From positions 3,136,001-3,200,000 of the forward strand of contig CAWCKH010000004.1 of the NCBI GenBank assembly GCA_963796055.1: a stretch of 64,000 nt of DNA, given 5' to 3'. Positions 1 through 11,179 of the stretch are shown one piece after another. The DNA is from an uncultured delta proteobacterium. Lineage in GTDB: Bacteria; Myxococcota; Myxococcia; Myxococcales; Myxococcaceae. Within the stretch, counting starts at the first letter, position 1; every line of letters begins with the position of its first letter. Under the pieces are notes generated by a model. It was not told the origin of the DNA. It was given only the letters and a program-made list of their open reading frames with translations, and ran no database searches. The position numbers and the translations under genes are program-made.

Positions 1-2921
1 CGCTGCCGGCTCCCGATGGGCCTGACCGTCACGCGCGTCCGTCCGCTGGAGCAGGACGTGGGCGGGCTCCGGGTCACCTCCCAGCGGGCGGTGTTGCCCC
101 TGCTGTTCGACACCGGCGCCGCGGGGAAGGTCCACTTCGAGCGCCAGCCACTCCCCGGAGCGCCCGAAGCGACCGACAGCCGGCTGGCGCTGGCCGACTT
201 CGCCGAGATGGGAAGGTTGGGCGTGCACCCCGAGGTGGTGCTCCAGTCGCTGCTCGCCTCCGCGGCCTTTCCCGTCGCCTTCCGCCCTCGCGTGCTCTGC
301 GAGTGTGCCACCGACTGCGGTCTGGACCCGGAGGCGCCCGAGGGCACCTGCCCCGGGCCGCAGGGCACGCCGCTCACCGGGCTGTCGTGCCAGGCGCACT
401 CCGCGGCCCAGGGTGGGCGGGCGCTGAAGATCTGCATGCGTCGGTTCGTGGACGGCGGCGTCTTCGACAACGCACCGGTCGGGCTGGCGCTCGAGCAGTC
501 CGAGGCCTTCTGGCGCCCCGGGGTGCTGAAGCCGCTCACCGCGCTCTTCGTCGACCCCGACATCCGGCGGCTCCAGCCGTTCAAGCGACGGGCGGAGGAG
601 GACCCGGTCCGGGGCACCGGAGCCTTCACCACCTTCGCCGCCGACCTGGTACAGACCGCGCGCAATCGCGAGCTGTCCCGCGCGGCGCAGGCGGGCCGCT
701 GGAATCGCACCACACGGCGGCTGCTGCTCACCACCTCGGGCCACATCCGCGACTACCTCCAGCTGCTCGGCGAGCTGCTCGACCTCGACGGTCCGCCGCC
801 GAGCCCGGCGCTTCCCCCGGCCCTGCGCGGAACGCCACCGGAGAGGGCCCGGTTCGCGCGGACCCTGCAGAGCTGTCTGGTCCGGCTTGCCCCGCGCCCG
901 CTCGACGCCTCGTCCGATGCGCTCGGACGGCAGTGCGCCGGCTATCTTCCGGGGCGAGGCGGTGGCCGACCCGCTCCAGGCCGACCCGGTGCTCCGGGCC
1001 CGGGCGACCGAGCCGCTGTCCGAGACGGAGCTCGTCGACCTGGTGGCGCTGGTCAGCAAGACTTTTGGAAACCCGAGCAGCCCTGCCCGGGAGAGCGCGG
1101 AGCGGAAGATGCTCGACGCCTCGACCCCCCCGCGGACGCGCATCGAGATGGGGCGCACGCTCGCCGACCGGCTGGAGATCGTCTCGCTGTTCGAGATCTA
1201 CCTCGCCGAGCAGCTGGGCTTCCTGAGCCACGGCGAGCTGCCGGAGGCGCGCCTGCTGCAGCTCCGGCGGGACGTGCTCGGGTCCCTGACCCAGGCGGAG
1301 GCGCTCGGGCCCTCCTCGGCACGGGTCGCGACGGCCCAGCTCGAGGAGGCGCTGCTGGCCCTGGCCGGGCGCTCCGGGCCCGGGACCATCCCCGCCGAGG
1401 CGCGGCGGGTGCTGGCCGAGGTCCGCTCCGAGCCGCCGGGGACGCTGTTCGGCATCTCGCAGGCTGCTCCCGCTGCTCACCGCGCTCGACGAGCTGCAAC
1501 CGTCGCAGATCGACACCCCGTTGCTCCACGCCTGGCAGCGGCTCGACCGGCTGGTGCAGCTGCGGCCGCGGCTCCAGAGCCTGGCGGCGGACACGGTGCC
1601 GGTGGCCCAGGACGCCCGGGCCCTGCTCTCCGAGGGCACCGCGGAGCGGACGCTCGCTCTGTCCACCCGCTTCAGCCCGCTCGCCGGCGCGCAGCTGGCC
1701 AACTTCGCCGGCTTCCTCGACCAGCCGCTGCGCGAGTTCGACTACTACGCCGGAATCTACGACGGCCTCCATTCGGCGGCGCTGTTCGTTTGCCGGGAGC
1801 AGGACCCGGCCGAGCCGACGCGGCCGGCGCCGGTCCGGCTGCCGAACAGCTGGGATCTGGACCCCTCTCAGCTCGAGACCCAGCGGTGCGTGGGCGCGGC
1901 GATGGGGCAGGTCGCGGCGATGCTCGGCATCCCGAGCTCCGAGAAGGCGTCGGCGATCGTCGCCTGGCTCGCCCGGGCCGAGCTCGGGGCCTCGCTCGGG
2001 AGCAGCGCCCAGGCCGAGAAGGAGCTGGCCCGGCCGGAATGGAGCTGGCTCGGTCCGCCGCGAGATCCGCGCTCGCTCGGCTCGCTGGGCATCGTGGGCC
2101 AGGTGCTGCTCTCGCCGAAGTCCCCCTGCACCGAGCACGACCGAGAGGCGCTCTGCATCTCGGACCTCACCTTCGACCAGTTCCTCACCGCGCTCGCCCG
2201 GGCGGGCTACCAGCCCGAGTCTCGCGCCATGCGGCTGGCAGTCGAGGACCCGAAACAGTTCTGGCGCGAGACCGTGCAGCGGGTGCTCGACCGTGCGACC
2301 ACCATCGAGCTCACCTCGGGACCGTCCGAGACGGGCCAGAGCAAAGGCATCCTCTTCGCGCTCTCCGCCGGGGAGGTCTGGACCCGCGGCGACGTGAGCG
2401 GCTCGTCGGTGCGCCTCACCTTCGACCCCTCGACCATCCCCACCGTTCCCCTGGCCGACGGCCCGGAGTGGGCGATCTGGGCGGCGCACGTGCTGCCGTA
2501 CCGGGCGGCGGTGGACGTGGCGCGCGGAGGGCTCGCACTGTCGTGGGTCGAGCCCGCGCTCCGGCTCGGGCCGCACTTCTCGGTGCTCTCCACCTTGCAG
2601 CTGGTGGACATCGAGTTCGGGAATCGGACCAGCAGTACGATTGGTGTGCGCCCCGCGCTCCACGTCGGCGGTCTGACGGTCTCGGTGGGCCCGCGCCTCG
2701 CGGTGCACTGGAACGGTGGCGCGGACTGGGGCGGCGAGGTGGGGGTGGCGGTCCTCCAGGATCGGCTGGGCCTCTCGGTGGGCGTCCGGCAGCTCTCGGG
2801 GTTCAGCGACCTCTTTGTGGCCCTGTCGATCTCGGACCTGAACGGGATGGTCTACTGGCTCACGCCCTGGGCGGAGCGGAAGAAGGTCACCGTCACCGAC
2901 CCCGCACGTCCGGCACCGTGA
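1..2921 (+). CDS. Patatin-like phospholipase domain protein, 5'-truncated by the window edge and split by two +1 frameshifts (~949, ~1460); C-terminus resembles an outer-membrane beta-strand domain
   Basis: Frame 1 has ASAAFPVAF and FVDGGVFDNAP (patatin DGG motif). Protein-like sequence continues in frame 2 (RGEAVADPLQ...LFGIS) and then frame 3 (RLLPLLT...NFAGFLDQPLREFDYYAG) to TGA at 2921. Confidence 0.7.
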
Positions 2922-3447
2922 GCACGAAGTCGAGCTGCTGGTTCAGCGAGGCGAGCGACCCGCCGCACTTCACCGCGTTGAACTCGACCTTCGAGACCAG
3001 CGCGTAGCGGTAGTCGGGGATGGAGAGGGCCACCACCTTGCCGGAGAAAGTGGCGCCGCCGGGCGGGACGTCGGTGACCTGGTAGTGGCACTCACCCCAG
3101 CCGCCGGCGAGCACCCCGTCGGCGTGCACCAGCTTGGTGCTCCCGTCGTCGGTCTTCATCACCAGCACCACATTGTCGCAGCCGATGCTCGCCAGCTCGT
3201 CGGCCGTCGACTGGGCGCGCAGAGACTGGTCGAGCGTGATGCGGCCGCCCACCCAGCAGGGCCCATCGGTGCGGACGAAGGCTGGCGCCGCGCCCGGGCT
3301 GGTGGCCGACGCCCCCGCCGACTCGCTCCGGCCCGAGGCGCAGGCGGCCATCGCGAAGGCGATCAGGGGAGCGAGAAAGCTGCGGTGCCGTTGCGCGCGG
3401 CCGGCGGCGATTGGGCGCGCGGATGTCGTCTCGTGCACGGCGGCCAT
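2893..3447 (-). CDS. Hypothetical lipoprotein
   Basis: Lipobox-like LIAFAMAAC followed by a Ser/Ala linker and a domain with 4 Cys; start codon uncertain. Confidence 0.6.
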   Translation of the reverse strand: MAAVHETTSARPIAAGRAQRHRSFLAPLIAFAMAACASGRSESAGASATSPGAAPAFVRTDGPCWVGGRITLDQSLRAQSTADELASIGCDNVVLVMKTDDGSTKLVHADGVLAGGWGECHYQVTDVPPGGATFSGKVVALSIPDYRYALVSKVEFNAVKCGGSLASLNQQLDFVLTVPDVRGR

Positions 3448-3553
3448 GACAGCCCGCGGCTCGGTCCGGGGTCAACTGACATCTGCTGGACGGCTCGGTC
3501 CTGCCGCGGCGGGGTGGGGTGTCTAGCTTTCTGCCCGGAGGTCGACACGAGGA

Positions 3554-6484
3554 ATGGGGAGGGTACTTCGGCGCACGTGCTGGGTGCTGGTGTGTGTGCT
3601 CGCCGCTTGCGGGGATCGGAACACGGTGAGTGTGGACGGGGCCCTGGAGCTCGCTCCGGGCACGCTCGACTTTCAGCAGGTCGCGGTCCACGACCAGCGC
3701 ACCTTGCCGGTCACCCTCCGCAACCGCGGTCGCGGACGGCTGGACCTCACCGGAATCAGCATCCAGGGCGCTTCGGGGACGAGCTGGCGCGTCGACGTCC
3801 CCGACGGCACGGCCGTCCTCCCGGGACAGACGGTCCAGGGCTCCGTCGCGTTCCAGCCCGCTGCAGCGGGACCGGTCACCGGGACGCTCCTCGTCACCAC
3901 CGACAGTGCCCTTTCTCCCCAGGGCACCGTCGCCCTGAAGGGAGAAGGCATCGAGGCGGAGGCGGCGGTCAAGGAGGAGGCGCTCGACTTCGGGAAGATC
4001 GAGGTCGGGGCCGACAAGCGGCTCCCCCTCAGCCTCTCCAACCCCTCCGCGCTGCCGGTGCAGGTGAGCGCGCGCGTGGTGGGCGCCGGCGCCGACGAGT
4101 TCTCGATGGACGCCGTGACCCTCGCCCCGGGCGAGACCCGTCTACAGGACGTGAGCTTTCATCCCCAGCGAGCGGGGGTGAAGCGGAGCGCGCTGGCCAT
4201 CACTCCCTGCAAGGGGTGCGGCGACCTTCTGGTGACGCTCGGAGGCGAGGGCCTGGAACGGGCGCTGGTCGCCATCCCTGCGACGCTCGACTTCGGGCTC
4301 GTGCCGACCGACTACACCCTCACCCAACCGGTCCTGCTCCAGAACCTCTCCACCGAACCGGTGACGGTGGAGGCACTGGCCGTGACCGGGCCGGCCGGGA
4401 ACTTCGCCGCCGGGGGAACTCCGGTACCGTTCACCCTCGCCGGCGGGGCCACGGCCACGGTGGACCTGAGCTTCACCAGCACGCAGCTCCCGCAGCTGCA
4501 GGGCAACGTCCGCTTCTCCACCATGACCCTGGGCCACCCCAACACGCTCGACGTCCCGCTGACCGGCACCGGCGGCGGCTCGAAGCTGTGCGTCGCCCCG
4601 CTGCTCCTCGAGTACGGCCAGCATGCGATCGGCACCCGGACCGATGCCTCGGTGACGGTGCGCAACTGCGGGGCGCCGGGTGACGTCTTCACGGTGAACT
4701 CCGCCACGCTCGTCTCCGGAGACACGAGCCAGTTCCAGATCGGCGCCGTGCCTTTCCCGGTGACCTTGACGCAGGGTGGACCGGTGGACTCGGTGGACAT
4801 CCCGGTGAGCTTCGTTCCCACCGTCGCCAAGGACCCGGTCGCGGCGCAGCTGCAGATCACCAGCTCACTGGCGGGCGGAACCGCGGTGGTGCAGCTGCAG
4901 AGCACCGCCGCCGCCTCCTCGCCGTGTAACCTCGAGGTCTCGCCGGGCACCCTGGACTTCGGGACCGTGGTCCCCGGCGCTCAGGCGCTCCTGGGGGTCA
5001 AGGTCCTCAATCCCGGCCCGGACGTCTGCGTGCTCAATCAGCTGACCCTGACCGACACCGGAGGCAACGTGTTCGGCCTCCCCGCGGGCAGCCTGGTCGC
5101 GTTCACCATGGGGCCCGGCTCCTACTTCACCAGCGAGGTGCAGTTCTCGGCCCCACAAACAGCGGGGAGCTTCACCGGAAACCTGCGGGTGCGGGGCAAC
5201 GGACAGGCAGACATCGACGTCCCACTCGAGGCGACCACGCAGAGTAGCTGCCTGGTGGCGAATCCCGGGTACGTCGACTTCGGCGTGGCCAGCCCGGCCT
5301 GTCCGGCCTCCACGCGACAGATCAGCGTCACCAACGGCTGCTCGGCGGCAGTGACCGTCAACTCGGCGGTGATCGGAGCCGGGAGCACCGACGGGGAGTT
5401 CCTCTTCGCCGTCGCGCCGCCCGTTCCTCAGAGCCTGGCCCCGGGGAGCCAGCTCACGCTGGAGGTGAAGTACCTGGCCAAGGTGTCCGGGCTGAACGTC
5501 TCTCCGCTGCTGATCGACAACTCGCTCTTCGCCCCGCCCTTGCTGGTCTCGCTGGTGGGGGAATCGAGCGCGACGGCCGTCCAGACCGATCGCTTCCTCC
5601 AGGGGAACCCCAGCCAGGTGGACGTGCTCTTCGTCGTCGACAACACAGCCTCGATGCTGGAGGAGAGCCCGAGACTGGTGGGCGCAATGCCGGCCTTCGC
5701 GAGCGCCGCGCTGGCCACCGGGACCGACGTGCACATCGGCGTGACCACCACCGGCATCGACCCCACCAACCCGGCGTGCCCAGGAGGCGCGGGCGGCGGG
5801 GAAGCGGGACGGCTGTTCCCGGCGAACAACAGCGCGCCTCGCCTCTTCACCTCGGCCACGCCCAACCTGGGCCAGGCGCTCCAGCAAGCGGTGCAGGTGG
5901 GCGAGTGCGGCTTCGAGCAGCAGGGGCTGGAGGCCATGCGACGCGCGCTCACCCCACCGCTGGTGAACCAGGCGGACGACCCGCTCACCTCGCTCTCCTC
6001 GGATGGGAACGCGGGTTTCTACCGAGACACGGCCTCCCTGGCGGTCGTGGTGGTGAGCGATGACGACGACACCTCACCGGACGCGGTGGCGACTTACGTC
6101 CGCTTCCTGCAGCAGCTCAAGGGGGCAGGGGCCGCCGGGCGTGCGTCGCTCTACGCCATCGTCCCCTCGGGGCAGAGCTGTCCCAGCGCCTCCGGGCAGG
6201 GCCTGCGCTACGCCGAGGCCGCGAGCCGGAGCGGCGGGGCGATCGAGTCGATCTGCGCCTCCGACTTCGGGCCGCTGCTGCAGGACGTGGTGGGCCGCGC
6301 CTTCTCGCCGCAGACCCGGTTCCCGCTGAGCGGAACGCCGGACGCGGCGGGGGTGACGGTGACGGTGAACGGCACTCCCGCCGCCGGCTGGGTCTACGAC
6401 GCGGCATCCAACACGGTGGTCTTCGCCGCCCCGCCGCCGCCGGGCGCCGAGATCAAGGTCAGCTACACCCGAGGCTGTGGCTGA
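3554..6484 (+). CDS. Surface lipoprotein with multiple Ig-like (choice-of-anchor D/ASH-like) repeats and a C-terminal vWA domain
   Basis: Signal LVCVLAAC; repeated P.TLDFG...V.N.G units; vWA start VDVLFVVDNTASM and LAVVVVSDDDD; GAGGA ribosome site upstream. Confidence 0.8.
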   Translation: MGRVLRRTCWVLVCVLAACGDRNTVSVDGALELAPGTLDFQQVAVHDQRTLPVTLRNRGRGRLDLTGISIQGASGTSWRVDVPDGTAVLPGQTVQGSVAFQPAAAGPVTGTLLVTTDSALSPQGTVALKGEGIEAEAAVKEEALDFGKIEVGADKRLPLSLSNPSALPVQVSARVVGAGADEFSMDAVTLAPGETRLQDVSFHPQRAGVKRSALAITPCKGCGDLLVTLGGEGLERALVAIPATLDFGLVPTDYTLTQPVLLQNLSTEPVTVEALAVTGPAGNFAAGGTPVPFTLAGGATATVDLSFTSTQLPQLQGNVRFSTMTLGHPNTLDVPLTGTGGGSKLCVAPLLLEYGQHAIGTRTDASVTVRNCGAPGDVFTVNSATLVSGDTSQFQIGAVPFPVTLTQGGPVDSVDIPVSFVPTVAKDPVAAQLQITSSLAGGTAVVQLQSTAAASSPCNLEVSPGTLDFGTVVPGAQALLGVKVLNPGPDVCVLNQLTLTDTGGNVFGLPAGSLVAFTMGPGSYFTSEVQFSAPQTAGSFTGNLRVRGNGQADIDVPLEATTQSSCLVANPGYVDFGVASPACPASTRQISVTNGCSAAVTVNSAVIGAGSTDGEFLFAVAPPVPQSLAPGSQLTLEVKYLAKVSGLNVSPLLIDNSLFAPPLLVSLVGESSATAVQTDRFLQGNPSQVDVLFVVDNTASMLEESPRLVGAMPAFASAALATGTDVHIGVTTTGIDPTNPACPGGAGGGEAGRLFPANNSAPRLFTSATPNLGQALQQAVQVGECGFEQQGLEAMRRALTPPLVNQADDPLTSLSSDGNAGFYRDTASLAVVVVSDDDDTSPDAVATYVRFLQQLKGAGAAGRASLYAIVPSGQSCPSASGQGLRYAEAASRSGGAIESICASDFGPLLQDVVGRAFSPQTRFPLSGTPDAAGVTVTVNGTPAAGWVYDAASNTVVFAAPPPPGAEIKVSYTRGCG

Positions 6485-6570
6485 GCTAACGTTGAGCGCA
6501 TGGACGGAAGGGGGCGGGGTGGGGCCCCTCCAGGCTGGTGCGTCGGTGTGGGTCGGCAGGGCCCGCCCGT

Positions 6571-6600
6571 TTGACCCCCGAAGAACGCCGCCGGTACCGT
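6571..6600 (+). promoter_or_regulatory. Putative sigma70-type promoter of the kinase gene
   Basis: TTGACC-18 bp-TACCGT, ending about 40 bp upstream of ATG 6640. Confidence 0.4.
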
Positions 6601-6639
6601 AGGCAGCTCGCTTCGCCAACCCGTGCCACGACCTTCGCG

Positions 6640-8274
6640 ATGACGCTCGCCGCCGGGACGCCCATCGGCAAGTACGTCGTCCGGCGCAAGCTCGCCGAGG
6701 GCGGAATGGCGGAGATCTACCTCGCCGCGGCGCTCGGCCCCGAGGGGTTCGAGAAGGACGTGGTCATCAAGCGCGTCCGCCCCGGGCTGGCCGGCGATCC
6801 GGACTTCGTGCGGATGTTCATCGCCGAGGCGAGGGTGGCCAGCCGGCTCAACCACGCCAACCTGGTCCACATCTTCGACTTCGACAAGCACGAGGACACC
6901 TACTACCTGGCGATGGAGTACGTGCGCGGCCACTCGCTCTGGGAGCTGCGCCGCCGGTGCCAGGAACGCGGCGTGGCCATCCCGCCGATCCTCGTCGCCC
7001 AGATCGGCATGGAGGTCGCGCGCGGGCTCGCCTACGCCCACCGGCTGAGCGACAACGGACACAGCCTGAACCTCGTCCACCGGGACGTCACCCCGCACAA
7101 CGTCCTCCTCAGCTTCGACGGCGCGGTGAAGCTCACCGACTTCGGCATTGCCAAGGCCGGTGGTCGCGTCACCACCTCGGGGATGCTGAAGGGGAAGTTC
7201 GCCTACATGTCGCCGGAGCAGGCACGGGGCGACGTGGTGGATGCCCGCACCGACGTCTTCGCCCTCGGGGTCACGCTGTGGGAGCTGCTCACCGGTGCCC
7301 GGCTGTTCGAGGGCGACGGCGACGTGGCGGTGCTGCGCGCGGTGCAGGAGCGCCTCATCGTCCCGCCCGCCAGGCTCAACCCGGCGGTCGCCGCGCAGCT
7401 CGACGCCGCGGTGATGCGTGCGCTGGAGCGGAACCGCACCCGCCGCTGGCCCACCGCGCACGGGCTGGAGCGCGCCCTCGCCGAGGTCCTCCTCACCGGG
7501 GCCCGCTCGCTGGAGGACACCGACGTCGGCGCCTTCCTTCGGCGGATGTTCCCCGAGGAAGCCGGGGTGGCCGAGCCGGTGGCTGGCACGACGTCGATCC
7601 CCATCTCGCTGTCCGTCTCGGCCCCGCCGGGCGCCCCCACCCCCGAGCGCGCTCCGGGCGAGTCCGTGGCACAGCCGACGGAGCTCGCTACGCCCGCGGC
7701 GGTCGAGCCCGTGGAGACCGAGGTCATCCCCGGCGCCGCGCGGACGCCCCGGCCTTGGCCGGCGGTGCTGCTCGCCCTCGGGGCGATCGCCGCGGCGACG
7801 ATCCTCGGGGTGCGCTCCGGACCGGGGCTGGTGGCCCGCTGGCGCGGGCAGGAGACGCCCGTCCCCGCCGCAGCGGCTCCGGCCGTCCTGCCGGCGGTGA
7901 CCAGCGCCGAGACCGGGCAGCCGGCGCCCCCTGAAGCGACGACAGCCTCCGCCACGCAGCCGGCGACGGCGGCGCCCGCGCCCCCCACTCCCCGGGCTGC
8001 GTCGACCGAGCCGGATGCCGCCGCGCGGAGCGGGGGAGGGGTGCCGGGCTCCGCCGTGGTCCGGGCGCGCCTGGTCATCCGCGCCAAGCCGTGGGCCGAG
8101 CTCCGGGTCGACGGAAGGCGCGCGGGGTACGTGCAGGGCTCCAGGACGGTGCGGCTCCCGGCCGGGCGTCACCTGGTCGAGCTCACCGGGCCCGACGGCG
8201 TCGCCGGCACCTACACGGTGCAGCTCGTCCAGGGCCGCACGGCCACGCTCGAGCATCCGCCCGGCGATCGCTGA
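6640..8274 (+). CDS. Membrane Ser/Thr protein kinase with a C-terminal PEGA-like domain
   Basis: LAEGGMAEIY, VVIKR, HRDVTPHNVL, DFG and YMSPEQ motifs; one TM segment; C-terminal AKPWAELRVDG...LPAGRH. Confidence 0.92.
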   Translation: MTLAAGTPIGKYVVRRKLAEGGMAEIYLAAALGPEGFEKDVVIKRVRPGLAGDPDFVRMFIAEARVASRLNHANLVHIFDFDKHEDTYYLAMEYVRGHSLWELRRRCQERGVAIPPILVAQIGMEVARGLAYAHRLSDNGHSLNLVHRDVTPHNVLLSFDGAVKLTDFGIAKAGGRVTTSGMLKGKFAYMSPEQARGDVVDARTDVFALGVTLWELLTGARLFEGDGDVAVLRAVQERLIVPPARLNPAVAAQLDAAVMRALERNRTRRWPTAHGLERALAEVLLTGARSLEDTDVGAFLRRMFPEEAGVAEPVAGTTSIPISLSVSAPPGAPTPERAPGESVAQPTELATPAAVEPVETEVIPGAARTPRPWPAVLLALGAIAAATILGVRSGPGLVARWRGQETPVPAAAAPAVLPAVTSAETGQPAPPEATTASATQPATAAPAPPTPRAASTEPDAAARSGGGVPGSAVVRARLVIRAKPWAELRVDGRRAGYVQGSRTVRLPAGRHLVELTGPDGVAGTYTVQLVQGRTATLEHPPGDR

Positions 8275-8320
8275 GCGCGTGCTCCGACCAGCGCACACCA
8301 TCCTGAACGGCCGACCCCCC

Positions 8321-8350
8321 TTGACGGGAGTAGAAACCACTCAATACCAT
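8321..8350 (+). promoter_or_regulatory. Putative sigma70-type promoter upstream of the MerR-like gene
   Basis: TTGACG-18 bp-TACCAT within a locally AT-rich patch. Confidence 0.55.
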
Positions 8351-8385
8351 CTTGTCAGTAGCAGATATTCTCAATCCATCATTCA

Positions 8386-8913
8386 ATGGATTATCTCGAC
8401 CCGGGAGAGCTGGCGCGCATCGAGAGCGAGTTCGCCCGCGGCCTGTCCGCCGGGGCGATCGTCGAGATCTTCCGCCCCAAGGGCGTTCGCCTCTCCGAGG
8501 CCACCTTCCGCAAGTACGTGCAGGCGGGCCTCCTGCCCCGCAGTCGCCGGGTGGGCCGCAAGGGCAAGCACCGCGGCAGCCACGGGCTCTACCCCGTCGA
8601 GTCGGTGCGGCGGATCAACGCCATCAAGAAGATGATGGCTGCCGGCCTCACCCTGGAGGAGATCCGCCGCTCCTTCGTCGGGGTGAAGAACCACATCGAC
8701 CAGGTGGAGCGCAGCCTGGACGAGACGCTGAGCGGGCTCGAGTCCGAGCTCGGCGAGCGGGCCCTGGCCACCGCTCAGAAGCGGAGCCTGCAGGGAGAGC
8801 TCACCGGCCTGCGCCGGCGCGCCGAGGATCTGGTGGCCGACCTCTCACGGGTCGGTAGCGCGCTCACCGCGCAGCGGGCCCTCGGCTCCCTCGAGCGGAG
8901 CGATCTGTCGTGA
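8386..8913 (+). CDS. MerR-like HTH transcriptional regulator
   Basis: SEATFRKYVQAGLLP...LYP...INAIKKMMAAGLTLEEI matches the MerR winged HTH; coiled-coil C-terminus. Confidence 0.8.
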   Translation: MDYLDPGELARIESEFARGLSAGAIVEIFRPKGVRLSEATFRKYVQAGLLPRSRRVGRKGKHRGSHGLYPVESVRRINAIKKMMAAGLTLEEIRRSFVGVKNHIDQVERSLDETLSGLESELGERALATAQKRSLQGELTGLRRRAEDLVADLSRVGSALTAQRALGSLERSDLS

Positions 8914-8961
8914 CACCACTGGCGACCAGTTCGCCGTCGAGCGGTCCGGAGGAGGGAAGCA

Positions 8962-9438
8962 ATGAGTGAGGCCAAGCCCGAGTGGACGGCGGAACCCGGC
9001 GGGGAGCCACAGGGCGCTCCCGCGGCGCCTGCGGAGCGCCGCCGCTCCAAGACCATGTCCCGGAAGGAGATGGCTCGCGAGCTGCGCCGGCGCCGCCTCT
9101 CCGGCGAGGTGGACCCCGAGGAGCAAGAGCTGCTCCGGAGCGTCGAGGACAACCGGCCTCGCACCCGGGCGGACTGCATCAACGGCCCGCGCCCCTGCCT
9201 CTTCGTCTCCTGCAAGCACAACCTCTACCTGGACGTGAACCCGGAAACCGGGTCCATCAAGCTCAACTTTCCGGACAAGGAGATCTGGGAGCTCGAGCAC
9301 ACCTGCGCACTGGACGTGGCGGAGAAGGGCGGCATCACCCTCGAGGAGGTGGGGGAGATCATGAATCTCACCCGCGAGCGCATCCGCCAGGTGGAGACCC
9401 GCGGCCTCGCCAAGCTGCGCGAGGCCACCGAGGACTGA
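8962..9438 (+). CDS. asgB: AsgB-like DNA-binding protein (sigma70 region-4 HTH only)
   Basis: 158 aa; C-terminal [20 protein letters not shown] is close to RpoD region 4.2, with no sigma region 2. Size and position before purH agree with my recollection of Myxococcus asgB. Confidence 0.72.
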   Translation: MSEAKPEWTAEPGGEPQGAPAAPAERRRSKTMSRKEMARELRRRRLSGEVDPEEQELLRSVEDNRPRTRADCINGPRPCLFVSCKHNLYLDVNPETGSIKLNFPDKEIWELEHTCALDVAEKGGITLEEVGEIMNLTRERIRQVETRGLAKLREATED

Positions 9439-9627
9439 CCAGCAGCCCATGCCGTTCTTCTGCATGCGGAGCGCTGAAGCGCGGCTGGGCCCCGTGCCGC
9501 GGGCCGCCTGCGCCGGGGCCGGGGCAGGGTGGACCCCCCGGTGCCGCCGGGCAGCGCTCGTTCGTTGACACTCGGGAGGGCTGCGGTGTTTCGTCCCGGT
9601 GCCCTCCCGCCGCACTCCCCAGGACCC

Positions 9628-11166
9628 GTGATCGCCCTTCTCAGCGTCTCCGACAAGCGGGGACTCGTTCCCTTCGCCCGTGGTCTGGTCGACCTCGGAT
9701 TCCAGCTCCTCAGCACCGGCGGAACCCTGCAGGCACTGAAAGAGGCGGGGCTCCCTGCGGGCAAGGTGTCCGAGCACACCGGAAGCCCGGAGATCCTCGG
9801 CGGCCGGGTGAAGACGCTCCATCCCCGGATCCACGGCGGGCTGCTCGGGCGCCCGGACCTCGCGTCGGACCGCGCAGAGATGGAGGCCGGGGGCATCGCC
9901 CCCATCTCGGTCCTGGCGGTGAACCTCTACCCGTTCCGCGAGACGGTGGCCAAGGGACTCGGGGAGCAGGAGATCCTGGAGAACATCGACATCGGGGGGC
10001 CGGCGATGATCCGCGCCGGGGCCAAGAACGCCGCCTCGGTCACGGTGGTCGTCGACCCCGAGGATTACCCGGCGGTGCTGGAGGAGCTGCGCCGGGGTGG
10101 CACCTCGCCGGAGACCCGTCGCCGCCTCCAGCGCAAGGCCTACGCCCACACCGCGGCCTACGACGCGAGCATCGCCGGGTGGATGGCGGAGCGAGACGGG
10201 GTCCCCTTCCCAGACGAGCTGGCGCTCGGGTTCCGGAAGGTCCAGGAGCTGCGCTACGGCGAGAACCCGCACCAGCGCGGCGCCTGGTACCGCGGCTACC
10301 GCGAGCCGCCCGGTCCTTCGGTCTCCTTCGCCGAGGTGCTGCAGGGCAAGGAGCTCTCGTACAACAACCTGCTCGATCTGGACGCCGCGCTGGCCCTGGC
10401 GCTGGAGTTCCCGGAGCGACCGGCGGCGGTCATCATCAAGCACAACACCCCCTGCGGCGTGGCACAGGACGAGGTGCTGGAGAAGGCCTACCGGGTCGCG
10501 CGCGCAGTGGACGAGGTTTCGGCCTTCGGGGGGATCGTCGCCTGCAACCGCGAGGTGGACGAGCCCACCGCCCGGGCGATGGCCGAGACCTTCCTCGAGG
10601 CGGTGATCGCGCCGGGGTACTCGGACGCCGCCCGCGCGGTGCTCGGGGGCAAGAAGAATCTCCGGTTGCTCGACGCCCGGAAGGCCTGGGCCCCGGTGGC
10701 CCGCCCCTTCGCCTCGTTCGAGCTGCGGAGCATCTCCGGAGGGCTGCTGGTGCAGGACCGCGACGCGGTCGAGCCTTCCACTGAATGGAAGGTGGTGACC
10801 CGGCGTTCGCCCACCGCCGCCGAGCTCGCCGCCCTGCGCTTCGGATGGCGGGTGTGCAAGCACGTGAAGAGCAACGCCATCGTCTTCTCCACCGCCGAGC
10901 GGATCCTCGCCGTGGGCGGCGGCCAGACCAGCCGGGTGGAGTCAGTGAAGATCGCTGCCGCCCGTGGGGGCGAGGCGCTCCGCGGGAGCGCGGTGGCGTC
11001 CGACGCCTTCTTCCCCTTCCGGGACGGCATGGACGCGCTGGCCCAGGCCGGCGCCCGGGCGGTGGCCCAGCCCGGAGGCAGCGTCCGGGATGCCGAGGTC
11101 ATCGCCGCTGCCGATGAGCACGACGTGGCAATGGTCTTCACCGGCGTGCGGCACTTCCGGCACTGA
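9628..11166 (+). CDS. purH: Bifunctional AICAR transformylase/IMP cyclohydrolase
   Basis: [50 protein letters not shown] and the terminal RHFRH. Confidence 0.97.
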   Translation: MIALLSVSDKRGLVPFARGLVDLGFQLLSTGGTLQALKEAGLPAGKVSEHTGSPEILGGRVKTLHPRIHGGLLGRPDLASDRAEMEAGGIAPISVLAVNLYPFRETVAKGLGEQEILENIDIGGPAMIRAGAKNAASVTVVVDPEDYPAVLEELRRGGTSPETRRRLQRKAYAHTAAYDASIAGWMAERDGVPFPDELALGFRKVQELRYGENPHQRGAWYRGYREPPGPSVSFAEVLQGKELSYNNLLDLDAALALALEFPERPAAVIIKHNTPCGVAQDEVLEKAYRVARAVDEVSAFGGIVACNREVDEPTARAMAETFLEAVIAPGYSDAARAVLGGKKNLRLLDARKAWAPVARPFASFELRSISGGLLVQDRDAVEPSTEWKVVTRRSPTAAELAALRFGWRVCKHVKSNAIVFSTAERILAVGGGQTSRVESVKIAAARGGEALRGSAVASDAFFPFRDGMDALAQAGARAVAQPGGSVRDAEVIAAADEHDVAMVFTGVRHFRH

Positions 11167-11179
11167 CGCGCCGCCCCGA

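Noticed and set aside
9440..9627. ZMP/ZTP riboswitch upstream of purH
   Set aside because: The conserved GACUGGCG...GUGG and downstream GCCUGGG elements were not found in the intergenic region.
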